64,000 nucleotides of DNA from a virus. The stretch lies in IMG/VR virus record IMGVR_UViG_3300045988_117450, positions 28,684-92,683 of that record. The stretch is one strand, 5' to 3'. Positions within the stretch are counted from its first letter, which is position 1, and the number at the start of each line of letters is the position of its first letter. The position numbers were made by a program, and so were the translations under genes. A model generated the notes under the pieces. The model saw only the letters and a program-made list of their open reading frames with translations. It was not told the DNA's origin and did not search any database. Of the stretch, positions 8,399 to 17,161 are shown piece after piece.

Positions 8399-10678
8399 TT
8401 GTCTAAAATATTTATCACTATGGGTGTCAAATGTCAGATAGAAAAGAAGGGAAATAAAATAGAACGGGTTGAGGCTCCTAACGGGGAGCCTTCCGTTCTA
8501 TATGAAAGTGCATTAAAAGTATTGGGAGATAGCGAGCGGGCTCTTCAGGTATGGGCGAAGGCTTACACTCCTGATTTTTTATCGTATTACGGTCATTGGA
8601 ATAACCCTGCCCCTGGGGATATGTTTAATACAGACTCCAATGGCGAACCTCTTTTGGATGACGTACTGTCGTATATGAAGCGTCAAACTTATTTTGCCGA
8701 TCCTCTAACGGATCAGGATGTTAAGGATGTAAGAGATTTTCTTTTATCTACCTATGGTGTTTATACGGCACCATCATTATCCAACATCATTCTTCATTAT
8801 TTTTATGTAGATGGTAGTTTGATACTGAATGAGCAGAATTTAAGAAGATCAGGCTTGTATAATGAAACAGAGATAAGTAGAATCTTATCTGACCCTTCTG
8901 TTCTTAATGAAGTTTCGACATCCATGAGGAAGTTATTGGATTATTCCAATAACGAACATGATAGGGAAAAAGATAATTATTTTATGTCTATTGACTATCA
9001 GTATGGTCCTATTGTTTACAAGGAGGGAGTGTTTAACCAATTTGGTAAAAAAGTACCATATAATCCTTCTGAGCTTTATTGGGCTATGTGCAAAGCAGTA
9101 GGCGGCATAAAAAACTTTTCTGAATCTTCATCCGCTTTTGAATCGTTGAGGAACCTGTATCCTGAGCTGGTCGAGAAATTTGTTTCTGATAAAAAATTTG
9201 CTGAATCTATGTTTGATGAGTTTTCATCTATGGAAAAGATGCCGGTAATAAACATAGAAGGCGATGATGTGGTAGAAGGAAAGAAAAGGTCTTTATCTAA
9301 GCTACAAGACCTGTCTTATTATAATCCCGGTAAAATAGAATTTTTAAGAGCTCGTATATCAGCTTATTTAAATAGGGCTAACGCTGACACCGAATCTGAT
9401 TTAAGAAGCATGATATGGGATATAGAAGAGGCTTGTATGTGGTTTGGCATAGATATAATAGGGGCGTCAGAGACTTATGATGGTACAGAAGAATCTTTGG
9501 CTAAGATAGATAATTTGATGCTGGATCTTGATATTTATGTGGCCAGGCACAATGATGTGAATTATGCTCCTACGCTGGCATCTTCTATAGACGATGTTCT
9601 TGGTGATAGTACAGATTATTATTTTGGATCGTTACCAGAGAATATGGATAATTTGAATATCGTTTATTCTGAATCCGATATAGATCCAGTAGAAGCATTT
9701 GAGAAGCACTCATTGCTTAAGGTGGAAGATAATCTATATCAAAGAATCTATAAAGATGATCTTAATAAGATGTATCAAATATCAACGGTGCTGGCTAAAC
9801 ACTATCTAACTTACTTCCCTGCTAAAATATATCCTGAATCTTGTTTTAATAATGGGGTTTTGGACAAGGAGAAAGTATGGAATGTAGATGATAATACGCT
9901 CATGGATTCTATTAAAAAATATGTCAGATCGTTCATGGATTCCCAGAACACGGAGGCCATGATAATGACCAGGCTGGCGTTTGGGCACCCGGCGGTACTC
10001 GACGTTTCTTACGTGGATGTGGATCGGGAGTATAGTCGATATATGAGCAAAAAACAAGATAGCGAAAACCCATTATCCTTATTCGATTTATACCAATCTT
10101 ACCTTGACAACAAACTCCATAAAACAAAATTATATGATAATGCCTATAAGTATCTTGACTTCAAACCTGGTCCATCTTTGGGTCTTATTTCTGGTGATCT
10201 TGATATTTTGAAATCAATAGAATTATCTTTATCTGGAAAAGATCGGTCAATGTTGTTTGATTATAGCATGACCAGCACCGACCCTTCTTTATCAAAATTG
10301 TTTTATTTAGAGAGGTATGACTCTTCGTATGCCGGGAATGATTTTGAACACTATTTTTACACCAGGCACCCGTATTTGTTAAAAGAAAAATCGGGTCCTA
10401 ATATCGTAGAGCAAGATGGTGTTATAACAGCCGAAGGTATTTATGATAATTTTATAAGAGTAGGTAACAAGATCTGGACTAAAGTAAGCGAGAGCAGTTC
10501 CGGATCTATCTACCAAAATCTGACAGGGACCGAATCGGAGGTGAAATACGATTCTACTCAGAAGGCTAAGACAGTAGAAACCGATTACGCTCCATACCAA
10601 AACAGATCCGGTCTGACGCAAGACATGACTGTAAGCAAGTCTGAATTAGGTGATCTTAATAAATTAGAATGTAGGTAA
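8399..10678 (+). CDS. large hypothetical protein (likely ATG start at 8420, ~752 aa)
   Basis: Long ORF; TAtcTTTG -7 box at 8387-8394; terminator hairpin after the stop. In-frame GC-rich island 9966-10030. Confidence 0.6.
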   Translation: MSKIFITMGVKCQIEKKGNKIERVEAPNGEPSVLYESALKVLGDSERALQVWAKAYTPDFLSYYGHWNNPAPGDMFNTDSNGEPLLDDVLSYMKRQTYFADPLTDQDVKDVRDFLLSTYGVYTAPSLSNIILHYFYVDGSLILNEQNLRRSGLYNETEISRILSDPSVLNEVSTSMRKLLDYSNNEHDREKDNYFMSIDYQYGPIVYKEGVFNQFGKKVPYNPSELYWAMCKAVGGIKNFSESSSAFESLRNLYPELVEKFVSDKKFAESMFDEFSSMEKMPVINIEGDDVVEGKKRSLSKLQDLSYYNPGKIEFLRARISAYLNRANADTESDLRSMIWDIEEACMWFGIDIIGASETYDGTEESLAKIDNLMLDLDIYVARHNDVNYAPTLASSIDDVLGDSTDYYFGSLPENMDNLNIVYSESDIDPVEAFEKHSLLKVEDNLYQRIYKDDLNKMYQISTVLAKHYLTYFPAKIYPESCFNNGVLDKEKVWNVDDNTLMDSIKKYVRSFMDSQNTEAMIMTRLAFGHPAVLDVSYVDVDREYSRYMSKKQDSENPLSLFDLYQSYLDNKLHKTKLYDNAYKYLDFKPGPSLGLISGDLDILKSIELSLSGKDRSMLFDYSMTSTDPSLSKLFYLERYDSSYAGNDFEHYFYTRHPYLLKEKSGPNIVEQDGVITAEGIYDNFIRVGNKIWTKVSESSSGSIYQNLTGTESEVKYDSTQKAKTVETDYAPYQNRSGLTQDMTVSKSELGDLNKLECR

Positions 10679-10721
10679 TTTTCATGTAATATAATTAGTT
10701 TTTTACATTTACACTTCTGGG

Positions 10722-10752
10722 AGTGAGGCTTGTGAAAGTCTCACTTTTCTTA
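10722..10752 (+). terminator. rho-independent terminator (10-bp stem with one G.U, GTGA loop, T-run)
   Basis: AGTGAGGCTT-GTGA-AAGTCTCACT followed by TTTTCTT immediately after the stop of 8399..10678. Confidence 0.55.
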
Positions 10753-11372
10753 TATATGCACGTATATCAGCAACATACAAGAAAAGTCAGACTTTCGTTG
10801 TTTTTGGATTATTTTCATTAAGTTTGCAATATTAGTTTCAGGAAGGGATTATGGAAAAAGGGAAAAAGTAAGAACGGAACGTAACTAATAACGGTAGGAA
10901 ATGAGAATCAGTACCATCAAACGTAACAACAGCATTCATCTTATGTATAAAGACATTATGAATGATTTAGGTCAATTAAGAACTGTAGTTTCAAAATCCT
11001 ATATTTATAATCTGATACGAAATCAAACCGGATTAAGTATCAGAACTATATCCCATGTCTTGAATCACACAAAAGAACAGGATACAGATTCTTTGTGAAA
11101 AGCGTACATTTTCATACATTTGTGTATTCTTTAGTTTTTAGATTTAAGTTTTTTCATGGTATTAGTTTAGAGATCAGGGCTCGCAGTGATGCGGGCCCTG
11201 GTTTGATTTACAGCGCTTTACCCAAAATGGGAAAAGCGTAAGTTTCTGATTATCAGGTTTTCACCTTAAATGGGGAAAATTAATTATTGTGTATTATACT
11301 TCCGTTTTTGCTGAAAATACTTCTCTTCTATAGGAAATAAACACACCTGTATTCCACTCTACAATCATGATC

Positions 11373-11402
11373 TTTGTTACGTGCTTCATGCACGTATGTT
11401 TA
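11373..11402 (+). promoter_or_regulatory. Bacteroidetes-type promoter (-33 TTTG, -7 TAtgTTTa) with a perfect 7-bp-arm palindrome TACGTGC-ttcat-GCACGTA (11378-11396) between the two elements; candidate operator
   Basis: Motif spacing matches the TTTG / TAnnTTTG architecture; ATG at 11423 about 20 nt downstream. Confidence 0.4.
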
Positions 11403-11422
11403 ACAATTAAATACTATAAATT

Positions 11423-12430
11423 ATGGGTGGTGATAAAATCGTCCTTTTAGATGGAGCTGGGGCTAACGGTGGTGGTGCAGCCGCTAACGGTCTTCTTTCA
11501 ATGATTCCCGGCATGTTTGCTAATTTAATAGGTGGTAATAAAATGGATCCGAATCTGGTAGCGGCTTTGATGAACGGTCGTAACAACCAGGACGGTTTCG
11601 GTGGGGCTAACGGTTGGTGGCTCTGGATAATTGTTTTGTTCTGGCTGTGGGGTGGACGCGGCTTCGGTAACGGTTTTGGAAATGGCGGTGATTGTTGCGC
11701 CAATGGTTTACCCGCTCAGTTGAATAACGATTATGGTCGCGAGCTTCTGATGCAGGCAATTCAAGGTAATCGCAGTGCCATAGATCAGATCGCTTCTGCT
11801 TTGAACTGTTCTACTACTCAACTTCAGAACGCTATCTGCAACGTACAGGGTGCTATTGATAAAGTAGCTGGTCAGGTAGGTATGACTTCTCAGGCTGTTA
11901 TCAACGCAGTTCAACAACAAGGTTGTGAAATCGGAAATCAAATCAGCTCTTGCTGCTGCAATCTGAGTTCGTTGATCAATCAAAGCACTTGCCAGACTCA
12001 GGGAATGATTACTCAGCAAGGTTTTGATAACCAGCTTCGCACGTTGGAACAAACCAATATCTTGCAGAACGGTCTCAACCAAGGTCTGGCTAACAATCGT
12101 GAGCAAGCTACAAGCCAATTCAATATCTTGTCTGCGAAACTTGACGCTCAAACCGTTATGATCAACGACAAATTCTGTCAGTTGGAAATGAGGGAGATGC
12201 AGAACACTATTGCTCAACTTCGTGAAGAAAAAGCGGCTTTGACAGCTTCGGCATTATCTCAGCAACAAACCCAGAATATCGTTGGTCAATTACGCCCGAC
12301 GGCCGTCCCAGCCTACCCCTCTTGTTCTCCTTACCAGGCTTATTCTTGGGGACAGGTATTCGGAGGAGGTTGCTGCAATAACGGATGTGGATGTAACAAC
12401 GGATGTTGCAATAACAACGCTGCTGTCTGA
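11423..12430 (+). CDS. Gly/Asn/Gln/Cys-rich membrane-anchored hypothetical protein (335 aa)
   Basis: ATG start; N-terminal Gly/Ala/Asn-rich region; Trp-rich TM helix WWLWIIVLFWLWGG; Q/N-rich coiled segment with scattered Cys; C-terminal GGGCCNNGCGCNNGCCNNN tail. Confidence 0.6.
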   Translation: MGGDKIVLLDGAGANGGGAAANGLLSMIPGMFANLIGGNKMDPNLVAALMNGRNNQDGFGGANGWWLWIIVLFWLWGGRGFGNGFGNGGDCCANGLPAQLNNDYGRELLMQAIQGNRSAIDQIASALNCSTTQLQNAICNVQGAIDKVAGQVGMTSQAVINAVQQQGCEIGNQISSCCCNLSSLINQSTCQTQGMITQQGFDNQLRTLEQTNILQNGLNQGLANNREQATSQFNILSAKLDAQTVMINDKFCQLEMREMQNTIAQLREEKAALTASALSQQQTQNIVGQLRPTAVPAYPSCSPYQAYSWGQVFGGGCCNNGCGCNNGCCNNNAAV

Positions 12431-12453
12431 TTTTATTAAGAGAGGAGGCTAAT

Positions 12454-12867
12454 ATGGCTTGTGTTTCTAAAATAGGATCGTTGTATGAGATGGTTACGAA
12501 GAATGTTATTGTCAGTACGACAAATACAATCTTCGGTATTAACCCACGGGCTTGGATCGCCCTTCCGTGTGAGGGTCTTATCCTTCTTAAGATAAGGCAA
12601 GTAGTCCCCACAGCCGGAAGTGCTCTACCGGTACAGATTGCGGTCCCGGCAAACAGCACAGTTTCAACAGTAGGAGCCGACACCTGTTGCCCGGTTACGG
12701 GAGTGAATGTCGTGAACCCTATTAACGTAGCTGTCACGGGTGATGCTATGGTAAATGGCACAGAACGCCTTCTGTACTTCAATAAAGTTCGTGGCGTGTT
12801 AAGATTAATGGATTGCTGTGTTCCAGTAGCGGCAGCCCAGGCGTCTGAAACTAAGGTAAGCAAATGA
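12454..12867 (+). CDS. hypothetical protein (137 aa), locally GC-richer gene
   Basis: Strong AGGAGG RBS 8 nt upstream of the ATG; co-directional with neighbours. Preferred over the overlapping antisense ORF 12207..12863. Confidence 0.55.
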   Translation: MACVSKIGSLYEMVTKNVIVSTTNTIFGINPRAWIALPCEGLILLKIRQVVPTAGSALPVQIAVPANSTVSTVGADTCCPVTGVNVVNPINVAVTGDAMVNGTERLLYFNKVRGVLRLMDCCVPVAAAQASETKVSK

Positions 12868-12938
12868 TTTTTAGTAGGGTGATAAACCTGGTCATAGGGA
12901 CTATCACCCTATTTTTCTAACAGATAAATATTTCGGTC

Positions 12939-13427
12939 ATGTTTTCAGATTTAAAGAAAGGGTTTCAGGTACATACCCTTGATACTAATACAGTACCTAA
13001 ATACGAATTGGGAAGAGTGGTAGCCGTATCGGAACCAAGATACCTTCCTCCGCAGCCTGGACAATACCAGACCATGCAGACGCGCGTGGTGGATCTTACA
13101 GTGGAGCTTACAGGAGAAACCAAGACCTATACAGTTCCCGAATCCCAGAATGTGGCTAAAGCAATGGGAATAACATTGTCTACAAGCATAGATCCTATTA
13201 TGAATGAATTGAATGCTATAAAAAACACCAGTCAGGAAATAATAGATAGCGTAGATACTCATCGTGCAAAGATCGAAGCTTGTGAATCCATATTGGAAGA
13301 AGTTAACCCAGCATTTAAACAGACAAGAGAGCAAGATCGTAAAATAGCTGGTATAGAAAATAAGGTTAATGATCTTACTGATTCATTTGAAGATTTAAAG
13401 AAGTTGATTGTAGAACGTTTGAAATAA
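12939..13427 (+). CDS. hypothetical protein (162 aa)
   Basis: ATG ORF in the co-directional block; C-terminal coiled-coil-like region. Confidence 0.5.
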   Translation: MFSDLKKGFQVHTLDTNTVPKYELGRVVAVSEPRYLPPQPGQYQTMQTRVVDLTVELTGETKTYTVPESQNVAKAMGITLSTSIDPIMNELNAIKNTSQEIIDSVDTHRAKIEACESILEEVNPAFKQTREQDRKIAGIENKVNDLTDSFEDLKKLIVERLK

Positions 13428-13434
13428 GTATAAT

Positions 13435-13806
13435 ATGATAGTATATGATTTAAATTCAGGGCAAAGAGAATATCCTGGATATGACGAGATAGAAGATAGA
13501 CGAGGCAGAGGTCGTAGTCGTCGTTCTGATGGGACGTACATGGGTTACGGACATGGATTCCTTCCTCCTTATGACCATTATGGTATGCATGAAAAAATGA
13601 AAGAGATGGAAGAACGCGAAAACGAGTTGGAAGAAAGAGAAAGAAGACTCGAAGAACGCGAACGCCGTCATGAAATGGAGGACCGGGAATACCGGAGGAT
13701 GGGTTACGAATCTTACCCGACCGATTATTATGGAGACGACAGATACTACGGTGATGGTCCCCAGATGCGTAGAGGTAGGGGAAGAGGTCGTGGTCGTTCT
13801 TATTGA
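13435..13806 (+). CDS. Arg/Gly- and Glu/Arg-rich low-complexity protein (123 aa); possible nucleic-acid-binding or internal virion protein
   Basis: RGRGRSRRS near the N-terminus, RRGRGRGRGRSY at the C-terminus, central EMEERENELEERERRLEERERRHE. Confidence 0.5.
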   Translation: MIVYDLNSGQREYPGYDEIEDRRGRGRSRRSDGTYMGYGHGFLPPYDHYGMHEKMKEMEERENELEERERRLEERERRHEMEDREYRRMGYESYPTDYYGDDRYYGDGPQMRRGRGRGRGRSY

Positions 13807-13899
13807 GGAGCAGACGCAGAGGATCCAGCTTATCAGAAATATGTAGACACTTACGGCTATCATTTCTCTAATGAACTTGCTGACGAAGCGGTTAAGAAA

Positions 13900-14193
13900 A
13901 TGGTTAACGTCGATGGATCTAAAAGGATCTGGAAGCAGTCGGAGATAAAAGATATTTTTGAAAAGTGCGGAGCGAAGAAGCCGGATAAAGCGACATGGGG
14001 CGATGTCCAATATGTCTTTGCAATGTACTATTCGGATGGCTTCCCGAAGATCTTCAAATGTGAGAACGAGCTGGTGAAAGCTACGTTAATGTATTTGAAT
14101 GATCCGGATGCCCCCGAAGGAGTAGCCTTTATAAGATGGCTTGCCGTGCAAGATTACCTCGGCGAAAAAATAAGCTGGAAGGATCTAACCTGA
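13900..14193 (+). CDS. hypothetical protein (97 aa)
   Basis: ORF in the co-directional block. Confidence 0.4.
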   Translation: MVNVDGSKRIWKQSEIKDIFEKCGAKKPDKATWGDVQYVFAMYYSDGFPKIFKCENELVKATLMYLNDPDAPEGVAFIRWLAVQDYLGEKISWKDLT

Positions 14194-14360
14194 GATCCAG
14201 ACCCAAGTCCTTCCGGCGGTGCGGGAGCCATAGTAAAAAATATGATTCCCGCATTCCCGTTTTTCCCGAAAGGGAATAAAAAGAATAAAAAATATGATAC
14301 CGGTCGGCGGGCAATAGAATACCCGTGGCCGGTTTGTTTTTATAGCATTTTTTTTCGGAC

Positions 14361-14537
14361 ATGAATACAGCGCATGAATCTAAGTCGAATAAGACTCTTT
14401 TGCATATAATAGGAGAACTAATAGGTGTGCCAAATACGGTTATAGATACGGCATTGCACGATCTGAAAGACAAAATAGATAAAGATCCTCAATATAAAGA
14501 CATTAAAAAATGGCTTGAGTCTTTGCCTAAGATCTGA
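14361..14537 (+). CDS. small hypothetical protein (58 aa; below the ORF-track cutoff)
   Basis: ATG ORF MNTAHESKSNKTLLHIIGELIGVPNTVIDTALHDLKDKIDKDPQYKDIKKWLESLPKI followed directly by terminator 14559-14595. Confidence 0.35.
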   Translation: MNTAHESKSNKTLLHIIGELIGVPNTVIDTALHDLKDKIDKDPQYKDIKKWLESLPKI

Positions 14538-14558
14538 CTATGTTTTATGCTTGATACC

Positions 14559-14595
14559 AAACCCGATATACTTTAACGTATCGGGTTTTTATTTT
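14559..14595 (+). terminator. rho-independent terminator (perfect 10-bp stem AAACCCGATA / TATCGGGTTT, 10-nt loop, T-run)
   Basis: Perfect inverted repeat 14559-14568 / 14579-14588 followed by TTTTTATTTT. Confidence 0.65.
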
Positions 14596-14662
14596 AATTT
14601 ATATTGTTTTATTTTAAATCTAATTAACTCATGAATGTCGTGTATAATCATAGAATTGTAAC

Positions 14663-14670
14663 TATATTTG
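14663..14670 (+). promoter_or_regulatory. -7 box TAtaTTTG (Bacteroidetes-type promoter) for the downstream tnpB
   Basis: Exact TAnnTTTG match 18 nt upstream of ATG 14689. Confidence 0.4.
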
Positions 14671-14688
14671 CCTTTAAATAATTAAACG

Positions 14689-15831
14689 ATGCATAAAGCT
14701 TTCAAATACAGAATATATCCTAATAAGTCTCAGAAGGTGTTGCTTTCTAAGACTTTTGGATGTATCCGTGTAATTTGGAATGCTAATGTCGAATCTTTCA
14801 ATTCTTATGATAAGGATAGTAATCCTAAACCTAAAATCATTATTAAATCTGATTTAATAATCGACAAGCCGTGGTTGAATGAAATCTCTGCCGCTGCTAT
14901 ACAACAAAAGATAAGGGATTTTCAAGAAATTACCAATCAGTTTTTCTCTAAAACAAGAAAGAAGAAAATAGGCAGACCTTCTTTTAAAAAGAAATCTGGA
15001 AACCAATCTTATAGATTACCTAATCAAAAATTCTCATTAAAAGACAATAAGATAAGATTAGAGAAAATAGGATGGGTTAAGATATCTATTGATAGGAATA
15101 TACCTGATAATTCAAAGATGTTGTCATATACGATATCAATGAATTGCTGTGGTCAATATTTCGTTTCTATTCTTGTTGATGTTGTTATACCGAATAAGGG
15201 AAAGACTGGTAAATCAGTCGGAATAGATTTAGGATTGAAATCTTTTGCTACATTGTCTGATGGAGTTGTGATTGATAATATCAAGTTTTTCAGAGAGAAA
15301 CAATCTGAAATAGCTAAAATACAAAGACATTTAAGTAGAAAGAATAAAGGAAGTAACAGACATAGAAAGAATAAAATAAAAATAGCAAGATTGTATAACA
15401 AGATTGCTAATAAGAGAAACAACTTTCTTCATAATGTTACCACTTCGCTTGTAAATAATTATGATGTTATTTGTATAGAAGATTTAAATGTTTCTGGAAT
15501 GTTATCGAATCACAAATTAGCTAAAGCTATATCCGATACAAGTTTCTCAATGTTTAGAAGCATGTTGGAATACAAATGTAATTGGTATGGAAAAGAACTT
15601 GTCGTAATAGACAGGTTTTATCCATCATCAAAAACATGTTCCAAATGCGGATGGAAGAAAGAAGACTTAACTTTATCAGATAGGGTTTTCAAGTGTGAAA
15701 ATTGCGGCATTGAAATAGATAGGGATTTGAATGCTGCAATAAATATACAGAGGGTAGGAGTTGATATCCTCTATAATCGGATGCAGAGGGATGAGGTTAC
15801 GAATCTCAATGAAGCGTCTATAATGGAGTAG
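14689..15831 (+). CDS. tnpB: TnpB / IS605 OrfB-family RuvC-like endonuclease, second distinct family (380 aa)
   Basis: RuvC-I GIDLGLKSFATLSDG, RuvC-II ICIEDLNVSGM, zinc finger CSKCGWKKE...CENCGIEI, RuvC-III DRDLNAAINI. No tnpA nearby; element ends not delimitable from a single copy. Confidence 0.85.
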   Translation: MHKAFKYRIYPNKSQKVLLSKTFGCIRVIWNANVESFNSYDKDSNPKPKIIIKSDLIIDKPWLNEISAAAIQQKIRDFQEITNQFFSKTRKKKIGRPSFKKKSGNQSYRLPNQKFSLKDNKIRLEKIGWVKISIDRNIPDNSKMLSYTISMNCCGQYFVSILVDVVIPNKGKTGKSVGIDLGLKSFATLSDGVVIDNIKFFREKQSEIAKIQRHLSRKNKGSNRHRKNKIKIARLYNKIANKRNNFLHNVTTSLVNNYDVICIEDLNVSGMLSNHKLAKAISDTSFSMFRSMLEYKCNWYGKELVVIDRFYPSSKTCSKCGWKKEDLTLSDRVFKCENCGIEIDRDLNAAINIQRVGVDILYNRMQRDEVTNLNEASIME

Positions 15832-15864
15832 TAATTATTATGTTTTACTATAAAATTTCCAACT

Positions 15865-16092
15865 ATGGAAAATAAAGAAGATTACATTGGGTACGAAGAT
15901 CAAGAGCTGTGTAACCAATATTACAAAGAGGCGGAGGCCATAAGACAAAAGCAGGACTGGCCTCGGCTTAGGGCTGTCGCTGCTCCGGCAAAGGGAACGC
16001 CATCGCCCGGCTGGGGACAGCTTGGACGTGGAAATGATGTCCGTGTTAAGTACGTTAGCATCAATTCAGGATTAGGAGGGGATAGGTTATGA
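15865..16092 (+). CDS. hypothetical protein (75 aa)
   Basis: ORF starting 33 nt after the tnpB stop; contains a GC-rich island at about 15945-16040. Confidence 0.4.
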   Translation: MENKEDYIGYEDQELCNQYYKEAEAIRQKQDWPRLRAVAAPAKGTPSPGWGQLGRGNDVRVKYVSINSGLGGDRL

Positions 16093-16307
16093 CTGTAGAA
16101 GAATTGGCTAATAAAAGATATGGTGGCGAATTTGTTTTCATGCTTGGTCATTTGGAAGGTGTAACAAGATTTGTTTTTGAATGTTTCGATCCCAGACCTG
16201 ATCACGAAGGTAAAAATACTTATATGGTTTCCTATTTTGATAAGCGCATCCGTAGAAGAGATGTGGTGGATGTACCGTATTATATGAATGTTTCAGCGAA
16301 ATCATGA
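16089..16307 (+). CDS. hypothetical protein (72 aa)
   Basis: Start overlaps the upstream stop (ATGA-type coupling). Confidence 0.45.
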   Translation: MTVEELANKRYGGEFVFMLGHLEGVTRFVFECFDPRPDHEGKNTYMVSYFDKRIRRRDVVDVPYYMNVSAKS

Positions 16308-16507
16308 AAATGCTACTTTTAAACGTACCTTCCTTCTCTGGTAAGATAGTTTCTACTACCTGGATTAAAGCTGTAAGGGATTTCCAATCCAGATCGAAGG
16401 CAGAAAGAGACTTGTATTGTTCGGTTTGTGGATGTACAGGAGGGTGTAACTTGTGCGATGATGTAAGTAAATATAGGATTTCAGAACAACTAAAATATTA
16501 TAGATAA
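16304..16507 (+). CDS. hypothetical Cys-rich small protein (67 aa)
   Basis: Start overlaps the upstream stop; CSVCGCTGGCNLC motif. Confidence 0.45.
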   Translation: MKMLLLNVPSFSGKIVSTTWIKAVRDFQSRSKAERDLYCSVCGCTGGCNLCDDVSKYRISEQLKYYR

Positions 16508-16508
16508 T

Positions 16509-17138
16509 ATGGTTAGAATCGCATATTTCGGAACCGATGGCTGCCCTGGTCATCACGTTATTCCAATACGAGGTAAATTCACGGAAGAGGATGTTAAGGT
16601 AATAGAATCTATAGATTGTGATGATTTCTATAAGGTGTTTGACGTTATGCGTTTTAAGATAGCTGAGTTTAAGGGATGGACGATATTGGGAATCCCTGCA
16701 AGCTTAGACGATCATAGACCTGGAAGCAAAACTGTTATCTTCATAGAAGGCAAAGCCAACGAATCTAATTTTGTGGAAGTCATACAAGAGTTTCCTTTTC
16801 TTGAAAAGAAAGTAAAGAAGCTTATTAAGCTATATTATGATAAAGAGTGGTTTGTAACGGGCAAAATAAATCAAGATCTGTCTAATAAGGAGCAGTTTCA
16901 ATTTACGTTAGATAAGGATGATGTTATTAACATGATTAGGGGAGTCGATTTAGATCCTTATTCTGATGTGGCGAATGAAATGGAGAAAATCGGATTGGGA
17001 AAATCATTTGATTCTTCATATGATGGCCCCACATGGTCTTGGTTTGTTAACAAAGTAGATATTTGGCAGAATGATGCATGGGATGGTTTTTCTGCTGAGT
17101 TCTTATGGGATTTGTATTGTAGGATAAAGAAAGTATAG
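16509..17138 (+). CDS. hypothetical protein (209 aa)
   Basis: ORF in a tightly packed co-directional cluster. Confidence 0.5.
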   Translation: MVRIAYFGTDGCPGHHVIPIRGKFTEEDVKVIESIDCDDFYKVFDVMRFKIAEFKGWTILGIPASLDDHRPGSKTVIFIEGKANESNFVEVIQEFPFLEKKVKKLIKLYYDKEWFVTGKINQDLSNKEQFQFTLDKDDVINMIRGVDLDPYSDVANEMEKIGLGKSFDSSYDGPTWSWFVNKVDIWQNDAWDGFSAEFLWDLYCRIKKV

Positions 17139-17161
17139 TAACAATTAATTTGAAATAAATC

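Noticed and set aside
10901-11098. 65-aa ORF in the 740-bp intergenic region
   Set aside because: Isolated ORF with no promoter or RBS context and low-complexity sequence, lying between a terminator and a promoter; more likely non-coding.
12207-12863. 218-aa minus-strand ORF
   Set aside because: Antisense to two co-directional plus-strand genes, one of which has a strong AGGAGG RBS; the block is plus-strand throughout.
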